A DNA stretch of 49,271 nt, taken from assembly GCA_013115125.1 (NCBI GenBank), contig JABANN010000037.1, forward strand, positions 62,001 through 111,271, written 5' to 3'. The position numbers and the translations under genes were made by a program. Positions 47,921 through 49,271 of the stretch are shown here, piece by piece; positions within the stretch are counted from its first letter, which is position 1; each line of letters starts with the position of its first letter. This DNA is from Perkinsus olseni. Lineage: Eukaryota. The notes beneath the pieces were generated by a model, which searched no databases, had not been told where the DNA came from, and worked only from the letters and a program-made list of their open reading frames with translations.

Positions 47921-48424
47921 ATGCTCTCGCCAGTAATCTTCTGCTGCGCAGTACTCGCATTATCGCTCTCCGGCTGCATCGACCAAGCAGCTATTGAGCA
48001 GGCGGCTCTGCAAGAGCAATTGTTTCTCGCACCAAACCGTGAGCACACGGATGGTTCATCCGTAGCTGGGCTCGACAGCAACTCGTCTTCGTCTCGTGAA
48101 GATACCTGTGGTCGTGAGCCGGTCGGAGTGTATTGCTTCAACTATGAAGGTCTCGTCGGGAGTGTCAACGTGAGGTCGAAGGCTTTCTCAATCAGCATAC
48201 CCTCTGGTGAGGTTATCAGCGACGTTGCCTACTACATCCACGATTGCTCCCTATTCGTGCCTGACTATAGTAACTTCCAACTCGTCGCTGCTGCCAAGAA
48301 GCTTGGCACGACCACTGCTGATTTGAATAAGGAACTCTCGATTACTTACTCAGTGCTGAATGATAGTTTCTCTGTGTCGTATCCCCCTACTACTTCTCTC
48401 AACCTCACTAGGGATCAGTGTTGA
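47921..48424 (+). CDS. LxGC surface-protein family copy 4 (divergent)
   Basis: MLSPVIFCCAVLALSLSGC-IDQ, short linker, CGREPVGVYC...C.LFVPDY...TRDQC*. Confidence 0.8.
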   Translation: MLSPVIFCCAVLALSLSGCIDQAAIEQAALQEQLFLAPNREHTDGSSVAGLDSNSSSSREDTCGREPVGVYCFNYEGLVGSVNVRSKAFSISIPSGEVISDVAYYIHDCSLFVPDYSNFQLVAAAKKLGTTTADLNKELSITYSVLNDSFSVSYPPTTSLNLTRDQC

Positions 48425-48970
48425 TTGAGGAGACAATCTTTCTTCTGGAGTAGCCTAACTGCCTACTCTCCAGAACTACTAGCCTGTGTATAATGTTCCT
48501 TCATCGAATACTTCGTTGCTACGCCACTCGATAGGCAAGCAGAAGCCAATCGTCTGTAAGGCAGTCTCCTCCAGATGCCGAATATGCTTCGCCCCTGCCT
48601 TGACAGTATCAAGAGTTGAAAGGCCCAATGTTTGAGTGAAGAGGGTTTCTGGTGTTTGGTTGATCTAGTTACTGGAATGTGAATCACACCGTGTGAACGT
48701 GATGAAGCAGGTCCTCATGGCCGAACAGGAGACATTTCACGTTGTCACAGTCTAGGAGTCTAATTGTGTCACGGAGAAGATGAAGAAAAACGTCACACTT
48801 GCTGTCGGCTGCAGTCGTATCCTAGAGTGCTAGTTCTCGCAGCGTGTCCCACTCGCGTTCATAGCGTTGATTGTAGGTATCGGGAGATTCACTTGAGTTT
48901 TCAATCGTACATCGGTACGACTGTATTGTAATGTAGTTGTTGTCGATTTTCTTTCTGATTAATTGTTCCA

Positions 48971-49271
48971 ATGTCCATGTTTTCATACACTGGACTCTTC
49001 GTCGCTCTGATCGCTCTATTCCTGGCGGGATGTTCTAGTGACAGCACCAGTACTGCTGCTCCGACCTCTGCTCCTGAGGTGGCCACGACCGGTAGCGGGA
49101 ATAATCACTTCATGGCCTCTACAACAGCTAGCGATTTTGATGACAACACCACCCCGTCGTCATACACGGAAGGGGGCGACGATTACTGCTCTGGCAAGCC
49201 CGCTGGTGAGTATTGTGGCAAGATTAATGGTGAAATGGCTCGAATCCTCATCGAGGAACACGTCTTCTATT
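48971..49271 (+). CDS. LxGC surface-protein family copy 5, partial (runs off the window end)
   Basis: Read directly: MSMFSYTGLFVALIALFLAGC-SSDSTSTAAPT...YCSGKPAGEYCGKING. Absent from the ORF track because there is no stop in the window. Confidence 0.82.
   Translation, partial: MSMFSYTGLFVALIALFLAGCSSDSTSTAAPTSAPEVATTGSGNNHFMASTTASDFDDNTTPSSYTEGGDDYCSGKPAGEYCGKINGEMARILIEEHVFY

Overview
Eukaryotic, gene-dense DNA with many ~40-70 nt GT-AG introns. The style and gene families most resemble a perkinsid alveolate (Perkinsus-like); this taxon call is inference only. The left and central part (1-35.6 kb) holds mostly intron-rich genes: ZMYND10, eRF1, an S10 serine carboxypeptidase, two KH-domain RNA-binding proteins, a ZnT9/SLC30A9-like transporter, pyroglutamyl peptidase I, an SLC35A nucleotide-sugar transporter, TPR, C2 and several hypothetical proteins. 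It also has a tandem pair of intronless, enlarged CD36-family receptors and an intronless atypical kinase. The right part (35.8-49.3 kb) is a dynamic accessory region. It carries five copies (one a pseudogene, one truncated by the window end) of an intronless surface-protein family. The four copies with an N-terminus end their signal peptide in a bacterial-lipobox-like L-[TSA]-G-C motif, followed by a variable Ser/Thr stalk and a ~110-aa Cys domain. Interleaved are an ATP-grasp ligase gene, a segmental duplication, a stop-disrupted PIF/Harbinger transposase and a 43-bp minisatellite. Exon structures were inferred by eye, so boundaries of multi-exon genes are approximate.
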